Source: Eledone cirrhosa
Taxonomy: Eukaryota
NCBI GenBank assembly: GCA_964016885.1
Contig: OZ024764.1
Coordinates: 22,320,001-22,384,000 of the forward strand
Length of the DNA: 64,000 nt
Direction: 5' to 3'
Shown here in pieces: positions 39,851-53,010 of the stretch (the first letter of the stretch is position 1; every line of letters starts with the position of its first letter). Both the position numbers and the translations under genes were made by a program. The notes under the pieces were generated by a model. That model had not been told where the DNA came from, made no database searches, and worked only from the letters and a program-made list of their open reading frames with translations.

Positions 39851-40128
39851 ACACCTAGTATCTAGTCTATGTTGAGTGGTACGTCCTTCTCCAGTAAAGG
39901 AGTTAATATTCCCAAACATCTGTCTATCCTGTTTTCTGATGAGAATGAAGTCAATCTAGTTTATCTCTTCACCTGATTGAAGTAACTAGATGTTTTCCTG
40001 TAAGTTAGTGTTGCAGTGTTTGTGTCTCCATGTAAGGTTTATATCTATTAATATAGAGATGTAGTAAAGTTTTCACTGTTGTATCTCTATTTTCTAAATA
40101 TCTTAATAATGTTTCTCTACTATTTCAG

Positions 40129-40481
40129 AATATCACATAACCTTGACAGAAAAGAGTCTTTTAAAGACAACAGAAAGATGTTACATACAAGTGATATAAA
40201 CTTGTTTAGTCTGTGGTGAATTATGGTGAAATATTTCTTCTGAATTGAGATAAATAACAACATATTCCTTTTTCACTGTCTTGAATATTTACAAGATGAT
40301 TTTACATTCTGATTAAACTTTGGATATTTACAAAGGAGTTTTCAAAATATTTGGATATTGACAAAGATCACATTTGATAAAATTATGAACAATAGAAATA
40401 TTTACATCAACATAGGAATATTTTCCAGAAGAGACGGGAAAATCATTATACCACTGTAATATTTGTGGTAAAGTATTCTCT
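40129..40481 (+). pseudogene. Decayed second ZNF exon (ATG changed to ACG)
   Basis: Paralog of 7929-8280; GAGACGGGAAAATCATTATACCACTGTAATATTTGTGGTAAA. Confidence 0.7.
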
Positions 40482-40624
40482 CTTCTTTATATGTAGAACA
40501 TCTAACTAAACACTTTAACTAACAAACTATTGTGCTATAGAATTGACAAACTTGAACAATGTTTAATAAATGTTACAGATTTCTCCAAACTGTCGTTTAC
40601 TAACTTTAATTTGAAGCTATATTA

Positions 40625-41036
40625 TCTATATACTACTAAAACTCTGTAATTGTGTCTTGTCTGTAATTTAATACAGCTAAAACAGTGCATAATGGGGAAA
40701 TACTTTGAAAAGAATAAAACAAATTTTGTATAAATTGGAGCACAGATTCCCAAGATACGGGGTTTTCTGGGTACCTTCATAAATATAGGGAGAGAAAGAG
40801 ATAGTTGTTGTGAGAGTGTGGATTGAAAAGGAGAGATAGGAGATGGATGGAAAGGGGAAGAGAGAGAGAGAGAGAGCTGGTGGTGATGTTTAATAAAATG
40901 TGTGTGTATATATATATATGTGTCTATATATATATATGTCTATATTTTAACTAGTTGAAAATTATTTTTAAGTGAACATGATTTTAGAAAAAATAGTTTT
41001 AAGGGAACGTGACCCAACAGGTCCCGGGTGGTCTAG
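40625..41036 (+). mobile_element. Non-autonomous Helitron
   Basis: A|TC start, hairpin plus CTAG|T end; paralog of 8424-8795. Confidence 0.75.
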
Positions 41037-41444
41037 TTTGTTACTAAATACTAGATATTAGAGGGTCATGTTGTTCTAGATGTTCTGGAAGAGCCATTCC
41101 ATCTCGTGAGGCTCACACCAGCAGCTAGCCACCTCAGCACCTATGGTGATATATTTATTATATTATTTATTCTTTATCATTAACATTAATATAAAAGATA
41201 ATTATATATTTTTAGAGAAGAACCTTTTTGTTGTGACACCTACAGAACCACTTTAAAGTTTTGGCTGGGTTCTTTTTGTTGTCACCTACATGACCACTTT
41301 ACAGTGTGGGCTGGGTACTTTTTGTCATATCACCTACATGACCACCTTATAATGTTGACTGTGTGTTCTGTACAGTGTGGGTTGGGTGCTTTTTCTCATA
41401 TCTCCTACCCAACCACTTTGCGGTGTGGGCAGTGAAATATCAGT

Positions 41445-41975
41445 AATGCACCAGCTCCAATATTCAGTAATCAGAAGAAGGGAGGTAGGCATAAAAGCCA
41501 AACTTGCTGTCTTCAATTATGTTTTTGTGCCAACCCTTACCTATGGTCACATATCTTGGGTAATGACCAAAAGAATATGATTGGGAATACAAATGTCAGA
41601 TATGGGATTCCTCTGAAGGGTCTTTGAAGGAACGTTTCTCAATAAAGTGCATAGCTCTGAGATCAGAGAGTCACTCCAGGTGGAGCTGTTACTTCTCCTA
41701 ATTGAGAGATCACAGCTGCAATACTATGGCCATGTGGTTAGAATGTCTGAGGAAAGAATCACTGGATAGATTTTACAGGCTAAACTAACCGGCAGAAGAC
41801 CCAGGGGTAGACCTGAGCAAGATGGTCACATAACATCCATGAGCTTGGCTGGTCTCTCTGGGAGATCCAGCCAGATCAGTTGGAGTGGGTTGCTTCTGAC
41901 AGGACCTGTTGAAGGGAGTGTTTGAGGACTCTGCCACCAAGACCCTCTCTGGAATAAGTGGGTTAATAAGAAGAG
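41445..41975 (+). mobile_element. LINE 3' fragment (RTE/Expander-like)
   Basis: FVPTLTYGH.SW...SSEIRESLQVE.LLL.IERSQLQYYGHVVRM...GRRPRGRP. Confidence 0.8.
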
Positions 41976-42369
41976 GTTGAGGTTACATAATCAACATCAG
42001 ATTTCCCTGCTAGCAAGAGTTTAATGAGTCTACTTCAACCAAGTAAGTACTGAAGTGAGGCTACTGATCTCCCAGACAGACCAAGGATCTGAGACTTATT
42101 TACATAAGGTCTCATTTGCTACTGAGTGCACAGAAAAGGTTGTCATGTCTTTGTCATGATTGAAGGGTTCTCCGACACTATTGTCGGGCAAGCTTTCTAT
42201 AGCTAGATGTCCTTCACATGACCAACCACATTACAGCCTGTGTTGGGTGTGTTTATCATGTAGGTGGGGCATAAGAAACTGAGGGTTGCCCAAGGTCCAC
42301 ATAGGTCACATGTGTTGTCTGAGGGTTGCACACTACAACTAATTATGTACATTACAGCTAATTAAAGTC

Positions 42370-44630
42370 ATTTAATAAAATATATTGCAGAAAGATTTGT
42401 TACTTAAATTTAGAAACATACAATGTACATACAAATGTTTTAGCAGCATTCATGAATACAAAGTAATGAAGTAGTTTGACAAAAAACTAAAATTTAACAT
42501 GTCAACATATACTTGCAGATTGTAACAGCAACAAATACATTGTACACAAATAACAACAGTTCAAAACTGAACATTTATTTGCTACTATTCAACCATTTTT
42601 AGTGTTTTGTCCTGAGGCTTGACACTTCTTTCTGTTGACAATGTTTGGTATGTCTGGCTGAAATGTTTGTACAGTTCCAACTTTAATCAGATGACAAGTG
42701 TTGATCAGTCAGCCTTGTTCTCTGAGAAGTTTTTGTTAATTTCATGAAGGAAAATAACTGTCCACTCACATAGGTAGAACCAAACATTGCCATAATCTTT
42801 GTGACAAACTTTCTGATGTTAATACACTTTTTAGGAAGGTATGAAAAGAAACCAGGTATCCCCACTACAAGATACTTTGTTCTGAGTGTAGAATCTGACT
42901 GCATTTCCAATAGTTCCATCTGCAGGCATTCTTCTGCCTTCATCAAAGGTGAATGGTGCTGAGAATAATGTAAACTGATGTTCAAAAAATGAGATATCAC
43001 AAAATCTTTCTTGAAATTTCTTTAACAACAATTCCAGGTGACTGTCATACTTAACTAGGCTAAATACAGACTCAGTATTGGCAGTGATTTTCAGCTCTTT
43101 GCACATAGGGAAATGAACTAAATTTTCATCTGACGACGAAGATTTCCATAAGCTTAGTTTTCTAATGAAGCACTTGATGTCATCATTCAACTGATTAATG
43201 GGTTTGTTTTAACCTTGTAATTTCAAGTTAAGATCAGTTAATTGTGCAGTAAATCCACAACAAAAGCCAGATGTTGGAGCCAACTTTCATCTTTTATTTC
43301 ATCTGTGTTTTAACCTTTTATCTCCAAAAACATAATTATTTCTTTTCTCAACAAATAGCATCTTTTCAGCACTTTGTGACATGTCAACCAGCAGACTTCT
43401 GTGTAGAATGGAACATCGGTGAACTGATTATCTATATCTTCCAACAACTGGCTGAACTGACGGTGGTTGAGAGCATGGCCTCTGATTTAGTTCACTGTCT
43501 TTGTGACCAAGCTAAGCACATGATGCAATTTTAAAATCTTTGAACATGAATTTTGCTGATGAATAATAGTGAAAATGTGCAAATGATGAATCTAGATATG
43601 AGTTTTCTATTTTTGTTTGTAGCTTGGCAGCAACACCATTATGTCTACCAACCATATTTGCAGCACTGTCAGTAGATAAACATGCAAGTTTACTCAGATC
43701 AAAACCATGCAAACCCTGCTTGACCTTCTCAAAGATGTCCTGGATTGTTATAGTGTCATGCATGGGAACCAGTTCAATCAGTTCTTCATAAATATTAAAT
43801 TCACTGTCACAGGCCCTGGTGAAGAATGCAAGCTGTACTGTTCCAGTGATGTCAACAGTCTCTTCAATAGCAATAGAAACATGTTCAAACCTTGATGATA
43901 CAGCCTTTAACTTGTTTCAGATCACCTGACATTTCATTAATCTGTTGAGCCACAGTGTTCCTGGTTAATGAAATGTCTTTGAATAACTCTGCTTTCTCTG
44001 GACAATTTCGGCTGTTTTACAAGACATTACTTTACAAAATCTCCTTCACTGTAAGATTTCCCACTCATGGCAATCATTCGACTGAGTTCATAGCTTGCAG
44101 TAACGGAAGTGACATTCTCTTCCTGAGTTAACATAAAACAGGTCTGTTGCTGTGTCAAGTTAACCTTCAATTCCTTGAGTCTTGAAACACACATTGGGCC
44201 TTCATATTTATTGTAAGATCGAGGGTTTGTTTCATAATGTCTTTTTAAATTGTACTCTTTTGTCGTGGCGATGTAGTTGTTGCAAATTAAACAGTGTATC
44301 TTTCTGTTCACCGTTGGACAAAAATACTGTAATTCCCACTTTTCTTGAAACACTTGCCCTTCTTCGTTCAATTTCCTTTTTCTCTTAGCTGGAGGAGCAC
44401 TAACCATTTCAAAAACAAAAACTTTTGAAATTTTGAAAGAAAGTATTCTGTTAATGAGCTGCACGTGATTAATGGAAGTTAAAAGTAGTTGACAAAAATT
44501 GCACAAAAAAAATAATTGTATCGAAAATGTTTTAAATTTTATATTACGAAAATGAAACATGGTCGCACTCTAAAGACCTTAGTGTAGGCCGCAGGTTTGC
44601 TTGCAAAGGGCCGCATGTTTGACATGTCTG
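42370..44630 (-). mobile_element. hAT transposon (SPIN/GTF2IRD2-like), more complete paralog
   Basis: Same 5' end; retains dimerisation-domain motif MFGSTYV..QLFS.MK..K...R.RLTD missing from the 26-28 kb copy. Confidence 0.9.
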
Positions 44631-44724
44631 ATGTAGGTTACCAACACTAGGGAGGGCAGCATGTCCTTCAGTGTGTTCTGCTACATTAACTACCAGGAGG
44701 TCACCACATGAGACAAAGACTACA

Positions 44725-45100
44725 TTTCAAAGAAGGGTCATAAAAGAACTAAATACGAAAGTACCCACAGCAACAAGCAAATAATTGAGCTTTGGGTCTA
44801 GGTTAAGGGGCAGAAGTGCTGCGCCCTGTGGATAAGACTGCAAAAGTATTCGCCCCGGACGATGGACAGTGAAACCCACTGCAAAAGCCACCCCAACCTC
44901 ATGGGGCTCCCTCTTCAGAAGAGCCACCAACGTTCTGATCTTACAGAGGAGCTTGGCAGTACTTCTGAGGTCTCGATGGTGACCGGTGTGAAGAGACCTA
45001 CCTACAATTGATGTCATCCCAGTTATGTTGGACTGTAATATACTGGGGTATAGAGAGGCCTTAACCTGTCTCAGCCGGGCCACTCAGGGTTGTGTCATCT
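44725..45100 (-). mobile_element. 3' fragment of CRE-like element (paralog of 28230-28620)
   Basis: Colinear with unit 2. Confidence 0.5.
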
Positions 45101-45427
45101 AGGTACCAGACAGGGGTGACTAGACCATGTTGTCAACTGTCAGCACCAATAGGAGTGAGGCGAGTGGGTCCCCTTGCTAGACACCATATATAAAACGTAT
45201 TTGCTAATTACTTTAATGAATAATTTGTTTCATACGTGATTATTACTAACACGATAGGATTTTGTACACGTGTTTGTTTGAAAACATCTTTCAAAGAAGT
45301 ATGAGACAGTCTTTTGTAGTGTTTATTATAATAAATTACTGTATGTTGAGCTGTTTTAACTTCTCCACCTTCCATTATTTCATATTGTTTTTGTAAAAAA
45401 TCAGATCTATTTCATATATATATATGA

Positions 45428-45640
45428 AGGCGTGTGGCTGAGTGGTTAGAGAATTGGATTCGGAATTGTGAGGTTGTGAGTTCGATTCTCAGACTGGGCG
45501 ATGCGTTATGTCCTTGAGCAAGACACTTTATTTCACGTTGCTCCTTCTACCTGGAGTTGCGACCGATAGATAGTATTAGCAATTGGAAAGAAAAATGGAA
45601 ACATTGTTTCCTCGGTCCGATTTGACGAAAAGTCGATCAT
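45428..45640 (+). mobile_element. tRNA-derived CORE-like SINE
   Basis: A/B boxes and TGTCCTTGAGCAAGACACTT. Confidence 0.85.
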
Positions 45641-46614
45641 AAAAAATATATATAGAGAGAGAGAGAAACACAAACATACACTACTGTATTACATATGTAA
45701 GGGGAGACAACTCTCGTTACATCCACCCTACTTTTTGATATACGCACTTTAAATACTTTGTTCAGTGGAACCTGCTTTATTTTGTGTCCTAAGTAGATTT
45801 CTGTTTAAGTATTTACGAGATTCACAATGATTCACGTAACCAAGTTACTTACATAGAGATATATTTCACATAGAATCACAACAAATGAAAATATTAAGTC
45901 AACACTCTGTCAATCAGTCTCACATCAAATGGGGTGCCGGAGTCTCCCTCTAATACTTTCTGAGACAGTCTTACCTCGAGTGATAGCAAGGCTAAGATGT
46001 TGGAACTACCAAACACCCTCATATGTATCATCTGACACCTCGGTAAGGAGAGCTGCCAACGATAACAAGAACCTCGTTGTCAGGGACCTATCTCCTCCAA
46101 ACTTCAACTTCTCCAACACCACAGACTAGAATATTCTACTCTTTATTCCCTATCAAATATATTTCAGTCTAGTCATTTATCTTGTATCTTGTATATGTAT
46201 TTTCAAAACTAACTGTCACATTTGTGAGACCCCAGTTAGTGATGTTTTCATCTCCCTCCCACATCCTACAAGCTGTAGTAAAAGTGAGGGTCACTGCTTC
46301 TGTAGAAGAACGAAATAAAAGTTAAACTACCAGTAATTATCGGCAAAGTATTTATTCCAGTCTGTGATGTTTGAGAAGCTGTGCTGCTGACAACGAAGTT
46401 GTTGTCACTGTTGGCGGCTGGCTTTACCGAAGTACCCGATGACTCTTGTGAGGGTACTTAGCTGTTCTGGTGGTTTAGCCTCCACGTGACCCGATCTTAC
46501 CGAGATACCCGGTGATCTCTGTCAGAGTACTTAGCTGTTTTATTTTAATTTCATTTACTGAATTCAACTTCATTTTTTTATTACAAACTTTACATAATTT
46601 AATTCGGTAAAAAT

Positions 46615-46762
46615 ATTTTACGTCACAAAAAAACTTGACCTTTGACATTGAAGCATGCGCAGTGGTGCAGTTTTCGACTTCCTGTCCACGTGTTAGTCTT
46701 CCTACAACAACATTTAGACAACATTTCTGTAAATCCTAAACACCTGAGACTATAATGTAAGT
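46615..46762 (+). promoter_or_regulatory. Putative promoter/exon 1 of unit 4 (ZNF exon missing)
   Basis: TTACGTCA, TGACCTTTGACAT, GCATGCGCA, ACTTCCTG, CACGTG; donor GTAAGT at 46757. Confidence 0.6.
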
Positions 46763-47294
46763 ATTATGTCTATTAATATTGTAGATTTAAGCTCACTTTT
46801 CACATCACAAATATATATTTTCTTGTTTGTTTCATTACTGGAAATATAAAATGTTATCGTAATTATCTATATTTTACCTACCTCTAATTAATTAAAGTGA
46901 AAACTTTTGTTGTTGCTGAAAAATAAATTAACAAAACTAAATATTTAAATATTCTAAAGGTCGTTTTTATATTATGTGATGATATAATTAATATATTTTA
47001 TTACAATTGTATAAATTTACAGTAGAATAACATTGTAAATATGTTTTAAATATATACATAAATAACATAAGTGTGTAAATAACATTATAAATTGCTGGCA
47101 ATTCCTTGAGAAAGACATTACAAATATATTGTCTAAACTGTGTATAATAATATAATTTATTGAACAATAATGATAAAGGAAAGAAAAACACAGAGGGAGA
47201 TGGCAATTGACCACCAAGTGTGATAATAGGTCACACCTCACACTTTAGGGGTTAACTACACACTTTGAGGCAAGCCAACACACTGGCAGCATTA

Positions 47295-47515
47295 CTAAGG
47301 TGTTGAAATAACCAGGTACCCTCACGGGTATCACCTGACACCTCGGCAAGGTGAGGCTAAGGTGCTGAAATAACCAGGTACCCTCACGGGTATCACCTGA
47401 CAACTCAGTAAGGTGAGGCTAAGGGGCTGAAATAACCAGGTACCCTCACGGGTATCACCTAACACCTCGGTAAGGTGAGGCTAAGGTGCTGAAATAACCA
47501 GGTACCCTCACGAGT
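47295..47515. repeat. 62-bp repeat, ~3.5 copies
   Basis: Same unit as 15995-16145. Confidence 0.9.
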
Positions 47516-48206
47516 ATTTTGTCTGGACCCCTCAGATACTTGCAATAGACGTTTTATTCCCCAGTATTAGGGTTAGGTTTTCCGTTTTCAGGAAGAATAG
47601 TCGATTGCAAACATCTAAGAGGTCTAGAAATAAAATTAAGGAAAGATAATTATTTCCCAGCCAACTGGAGAAGTGTGTAGCTCTTCTTAACTCCGATAAT
47701 CCTGTCTCCCACTTCTTTATCTACAAGTCTAGTCGTTTCCTGCTACTTTGAAGGCCCTATTAGGGTTAGGGTTTCCCTTTGAAGGTAAATTGTGAATCAG
47801 TTATTTTTAAACAAACTATCAAAGAAGTGATCTCACAGTAACTGTGTTGGATTCAATCAACTTATTCCCCCTAAACATTGTCGACCTTGTGTCTAAATCT
47901 GAAACTATTATTAGATCTTAAATCAACCCCGTAAAGATGAAGGGCAAAGCTAACCTCGGCGGGATTTCAACCCTTTATGTTATGAGTTCAAATCCCACCA
48001 AAGTTAACTTTGTCTTTCATTCTAACGGGGTGGATAAATTAAAGTTCCAGTAATCTACTGGGGTCTGAGATATTAAGGTTTTAGTAGATTCTATCTTTTT
48101 GTGTGTTTGTATTTATAATCTTACTAGAAACCCTGTGACCTGTTGGGTCACGTTCCCTTTAAAAATCATTTTTAAATAATTAAAATATACACAGACATGT
48201 CTATAA

Positions 48207-51200
48207 TCATCATCATCATCATCACCGTTTTACGTCCGTTCTTCCACGCTAGCATGGGTTAGACGGGTTGTCCTGTTGTGGGCAGTGTCTGGTCGGCTGA
48301 CCATGCCTTGCTCATACAGGAACTGATCTGGCTTGATTTCTACAGCTGGATGCCTTTCCTAACACCAACCTCATTTACAGTGAGTGCTGGGTGCTTTTTC
48401 GTGGCGCCTACACGTCCACTTTACAGTGTGGGCTGGGTGCTTTTTTGCCGTGGCACCTCCACGGCCACCTTGCGGTGGAGGGGGGGAGGGCATATTGTTT
48501 ATATGCTTCAGCATGTACCCATGGGAGGTCGGGTACCCTGTATTACTGCGTGACGCCAGAAGTCACGGTCGTGTGTCATTGACTTTGAGAGGTGTAGTTG
48601 GGTAAGGTCGGCTTTTATCACCTCATCCCAAGTAATCTTGGGTCTCCCCACTCCGCGGTTTCCATCAACTTCTAGTGCTCTGCACCTTTTTATGCAGCTG
48701 TCATCCTTCATACGCATCACATGTCCATACCAGCGTAACCGCCTCTCCTGCACGCAGCATTTGATTCCTCTTATGCTCAGTCTCTCTCTCAATTCCTTTA
48801 TGCTTTGTCGTTCACGTATATTACTGTTACACATCCATCGGAGCATGCAGGCTTCGTTTCTCTCTAATCTACGTAAGTCTTCCACCTTCAGCGCCCAGGT
48901 CTCACTACCATGCAACATCGCTGTTCGGATACACGCATCATACAGTCTGCCTTTCATTCTGAGGGAGAAGCCTTTTGCAGCTAGCAGTGGTAGTAGTTCC
49001 CTAAACTTCTTCCATCCCGTTCTTACCCTAGTTATTGTACTTTCTGAGCACCCACCTCCGTTGCTAATTCGGTCACCTAGGTAGCAGAAGCTGTCTACTG
49101 TTTCTACAGGGCCCTCCCAGAGATTGGTGGTACTTGTTTCCTGTGGCTGTTTGCTTGCTGTTTCAGCACAGCTGCTGCATGTGAATCCTACATTCTTAAT
49201 TAAGCTTCCTGAGATCCCGCTACATCTCTTGTGTACCCATTGTTTGCATTTGGGGCAGAGAATGGAGTTTCTACCTACACCTTTCCTACATACTGAGCAA
49301 GGCCATTTCCCTGAGGGGATCTGGGTTCTGTTTTCTCGTCTACTTACAAGGACCTTAGTCTTTGTCATGTTGACTTTGAAGCCCTTTCTCTCTAGTCCCT
49401 GCTTCCAGGTTTGGAATTTATTCTCTAGTTCTACCATAGATTCAGCTATGAGTGCGAGGTCATCAGCATACAGGAGTTCCCATGGGCATCCGGTCTTAAA
49501 CTCCTCCGTTATTGCCTGCAGGACTATGATGAACAGGAGAGGGCTAAGAACAGAGCCCTGGTGGACCCCAACCTGTACGCTAAATTCCTCGCTATACTCA
49601 TTGCCAATCCTAACTTTGCTGACTGCTCCCCTATACATGGCTTGTACCGCTTTCACAAGCCATTCATCTACTCCTAGTTTTCTAAGAGCCCACCAGATTA
49701 CTGCACGTGGAACTCTGTCAAAGGCTTTCTCAAGGTCGACAAATGCCAAGTAGAGTGGCTTACTTTTAGCTAGGTACTTTTCCTGTAATTGCCTCACAAG
49801 GAAGAGGGCATCAGTGGTGCCTTTCCCTGGTACAAACCCAAATTGCATCTCGTCTATATTCACCCGGTCCCTAATCAGCTTTGCTATAACTCTTTCTGTT
49901 ACTTTCATGACCTGGTCCATCAACTTTATACCTCTATAGTTTCCTCTATCTAGTGCATCGCCTTTACCTTTGTAGCAGTTGACAATGATGCTACTGCACC
50001 AATCTTTTGGTATGGCCCCCTCTAGTATTACCTGGTTAACGATACGTGTGGTTATAGTGTGACCTACAGACCCAGATGCCTTCAGCATCTCGGCAGCTAT
50101 ACCCGATGGACCGGTTGCCTTCCCTATCTTCATATCTCTGATTGCCTTACTTACTACGCTGCCGCTGACTTGTACTGCTGGTCCCTCTATAGGGTCTACG
50201 TGGGGTAGGGTCTCTTCTTCCCATGCATTCTCCTCATTTAGTAATCTATCATAATGACTCTTCCATGCATCTTTCTTCTCAGCACTTGTGAGGGCAAGCT
50301 CACCTTTATCATTCCAGATACACTTCTCTCCAATGACATCACAACTATCTCTGACACACTGCCTCGCAATCTTGAATACCTCCTGTTTCTGGTCCCCACG
50401 TTGTAAAACATGCTTGAATTTTCTATCCTCTGCTTCCCTCCTAGCTAAGTATACTTGTCGCCTAGCTTCCCTCTTGGTCTCTATGTAATGTACCCTGCTC
50501 CCCCCGTTCTTCCATTCTTTCCATGCCTGTCTCTTGGCCTTGACTGCTTCATCTACCTTATTGTTCCACCACCAAGTCACTCTCCTCCTGCTTGAGGTCT
50601 TACTCCAGCCACAAACCTCATCCGTCGCCTCTAGTAAGTTATTTTTTAGGAACTCCCAGTTCTCTTCTACGTTAAATGTCTCTATCTGTTCTTCTTTACT
50701 GTCGTAGGCGTTGAGTAAAATATCTTTAAATCTGTTACTGGTTGAGGGGACTTTCAGCTTCCAGATCTTTCTTCTCCAGGTTGGCCTCTGTTTCAGGGCT
50801 CGTCTAGTTCTGACCGTGAGGTCGCTGACAACTAAGCTATGTTGGGATGTACATTCCTCACTAGGGAAGGCTTTTGTGTTTACGACCGTCCATCTGTCAC
50901 GTCCTCTGATGAGGATAAAATCTAACTGACTAGAGTGCTCCCCTGATCTATAGGTGATCAGGTGGTTGTCGGGTTTTTTAAAGTTTGTGTTACATATCGA
51001 CATGTCATTGGCGTCGCAGAATTCTAGAAGTCTGAATCCTTCCTCATTCCTTGTGCCAACTCCATGGCCTCCATGTACTCTATTGAAGCCGTCGCAGTGT
51101 TTACCTACGTGTCCGTTAAAATCTCCTGCAATGATTAGGAAGTCCTTGTCGTCTGTTAGAGCAGTAGTGTGTATTAGGGACTCGTAAAACCTATCCTTAA

Positions 51201-51270
51201 GTTCGTCTAAAATGAAATTAGCAGTAGTGTGTATTAGGGACTCGTAAAACCTATCCTTAAGTTCGTCTAA
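48207..51270 (-). mobile_element. Young 5'-truncated RTE-clade LINE inserted in the intronic Helitron
   Basis: (GAT)n tail at 48207-48224, complete 3' UTR; interrupts TATAA..TAAAATGAAATTAG seen intact at 16980 and 61452. Confidence 0.95.
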
Positions 51271-51294
51271 AATGAAATTAGTAGGTAGGCCCAT
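48508..51294 (-). CDS. RTE polyprotein frame, 928 aa (partial APE endonuclease, RT, Cys-rich insert, C-terminus)
   Basis: GDFNGHVG, FVDLEKAFDRVP, GVHQGSVLSP, LLYADD, CSVC..CPKCKQWVHKRC; the ATG and first codons come from flanking DNA. Confidence 0.8.
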   Translation of the reverse strand: MGLPTNFILDELKDRFYESLIHTTANFILDELKDRFYESLIHTTALTDDKDFLIIAGDFNGHVGKHCDGFNRVHGGHGVGTRNEEGFRLLEFCDANDMSICNTNFKKPDNHLITYRSGEHSSQLDFILIRGRDRWTVVNTKAFPSEECTSQHSLVVSDLTVRTRRALKQRPTWRRKIWKLKVPSTSNRFKDILLNAYDSKEEQIETFNVEENWEFLKNNLLEATDEVCGWSKTSSRRRVTWWWNNKVDEAVKAKRQAWKEWKNGGSRVHYIETKREARRQVYLARREAEDRKFKHVLQRGDQKQEVFKIARQCVRDSCDVIGEKCIWNDKGELALTSAEKKDAWKSHYDRLLNEENAWEEETLPHVDPIEGPAVQVSGSVVSKAIRDMKIGKATGPSGIAAEMLKASGSVGHTITTRIVNQVILEGAIPKDWCSSIIVNCYKGKGDALDRGNYRGIKLMDQVMKVTERVIAKLIRDRVNIDEMQFGFVPGKGTTDALFLVRQLQEKYLAKSKPLYLAFVDLEKAFDRVPRAVIWWALRKLGVDEWLVKAVQAMYRGAVSKVRIGNEYSEEFSVQVGVHQGSVLSPLLFIIVLQAITEEFKTGCPWELLYADDLALIAESMVELENKFQTWKQGLERKGFKVNMTKTKVLVSRRENRTQIPSGKWPCSVCRKGVGRNSILCPKCKQWVHKRCSGISGSLIKNVGFTCSSCAETASKQPQETSTTNLWEGPVETVDSFCYLGDRISNGGGCSESTITRVRTGWKKFRELLPLLAAKGFSLRMKGRLYDACIRTAMLHGSETWALKVEDLRRLERNEACMLRWMCNSNIRERQSIKELRERLSIRGIKCCVQERRLRWYGHVMRMKDDSCIKRCRALEVDGNRGVGRPKITWDEVIKADLTQLHLSKSMTHDRDFWRHAVIQGTRPPMGTC

Positions 51295-51829
51295 GTATAT
51301 ATATATATATATATGCGTGTGTGTATATATATATGTGTGTGTGTGTATATATATATGTCACAGACACACACACACAAGTCGCTTGTTATAATTTTAAAAT
51401 TTCGTTCAACAACACCAACAGCTATCTCTCTCACACACACCAATTATCTTTCTCTCTCTATTTATGAAGGTACCAGAAAAACCCATATCTCGGGATCGTG
51501 TGCTCTGATCTACGTGAAACTTATTTTATCCCATTTGTTTTCTCATTTCAGGGTCAACTTCCTTTCAAACTATTTTCCCATTATGCCCCGTTTTGGCTGT
51601 ATTACATTACAGACAAGACACAATCACAGAGTTTTAGGTTTATAATGTGTGGTTAGAAAAAGCTATACCCTGCTTGCAAGGGGGGATGGGAACTGATACT
51701 GGCTTGATTTCTACAGCTGGATGCCCTTCCTAACACCAACCTCATTTACAGTGAGTGCTGGGTGCTTTTTTACCGTGGCACCTCCACGACCACTTTGCAG
51801 TGGAATGATAGGACTCCAGTCCTATCATC

Positions 51830-51972
51830 TCATTTCTACAGCTGAGTAAACTGGAGCAATGTGAAATAAAGTGTCTTGCTCAAGGAAACAACACATCACC
51901 CGGTCTGAGAATTGATCTCACAACCTTTCGATTGCAAGGCCAATGCTCTAACCACTAAGCCATGTGCCTCCA
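51830..51972 (-). mobile_element. tRNA-derived CORE-like SINE
   Basis: Reverse complement: GGCACATGGCTTAGTGGTTAG...TCCTTGAGCAAGACACTTTATTTCAC. Confidence 0.8.
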
Positions 51973-52415
51973 TGTATATATATGCGTGTGTGTATATATA
52001 TATATGTGAGTGTCTGTCACAGACACACACACAAGTCACTTGTTATAATTTTAAAATTTCGTTTAACAACACCACCAGCTCTCTCTCTCTCTATTTATGA
52101 AGGTACCAGAAAAAACCCCATATCTCGGGAACCTGTGCTCTGATCTACGTGAAACTTATTTTATCCCATCTGTATTCCCATTTCAGGGTCAACTTCCTTT
52201 CAAACTATTTCTCCATTATGCCCCGTTTTGGCTGTATTACATTACAGACAAGACACAATCATAGAGTTTTAGGTTTATAATGTGTGGTTAGAAAAAGCTA
52301 TACCCTGCTTGCAAGGGTGGGACGGGAACTGATACTGGCTTGATTTCTACAGCTGGATGCCCTTCCTAACACCAACCTCATTTACAGTGAGTGCTGGGTG
52401 CTTTTTCGTGGCGCC
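51973..52415. repeat. Local duplication of ~51292-51780 (Helitron half plus RTE 3' UTR piece)
   Basis: Near-identical blocks including AATGTGTGGTTAGAAAAAGCTATACCCTGCTTGCAAGGG. Confidence 0.85.
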
Positions 52416-52764
52416 TACACGTCCACTTTACAGTGTGGGCTGGGTGCTTTTTTGCGGTGGGGGCATATTGTCTATATGCTTCAGCTTGTACCCATGGGAG
52501 GTCGGGTACTCTGTATTACTGCGTGACGCCAGAGGTCACGGTCGTGTGTCATTGCCTTTGAGAGGTGTAATTGGGTAAGCTCGGCTTCTATCTACTGTAC
52601 TATTCCATCACCAAGGCAACATTCATCTGGCTGGCAGCTTACATCAACTACAGATCTCATCAGTGGTTCACAACAGGCTGTCTGAAAGAAACTTCCAGAT
52701 ATCTTCTATGTCATAGCTATCAATCTCCTCCTCCTTATCATATGTATCATGTAGAACATCTCTG

Positions 52765-53010
52765 AATTTATATTTAACAGGGAGATCTTTTACTGTCCCT
52801 ACCTCTTTCTCTAGGTTGTCTTGTACCTCTCTCACAGTCCCTCTACATCTTATATTTAACAGGGAGATATTTTACTATCCCTACCCTTTTCTCTAGGTTG
52901 TCTTGTACCTCTCACAGTCCCTCTAGATCTTATATTTAACAGGGAGATATTTTACTCTCCAACCCTTCTATCTCCAGATAGTCTTGTATCTGTCAGTCCC
53001 TCTAGATCTT
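52765..53010. repeat. 80-82 bp minisatellite, ~3 copies
   Basis: Same unit as 7230-7640. Confidence 0.9.

Noticed and set aside
42370-44630. Domesticated GTF2IRD2-like host gene
   Set aside because: Multiple frameshifts and a transposon terminus at 44630
48638-51187. Plus-strand ORFs opposite the RTE (and minus-strand ORFs at 61810-63981)
   Set aside because: Antisense shadows of the RT frame
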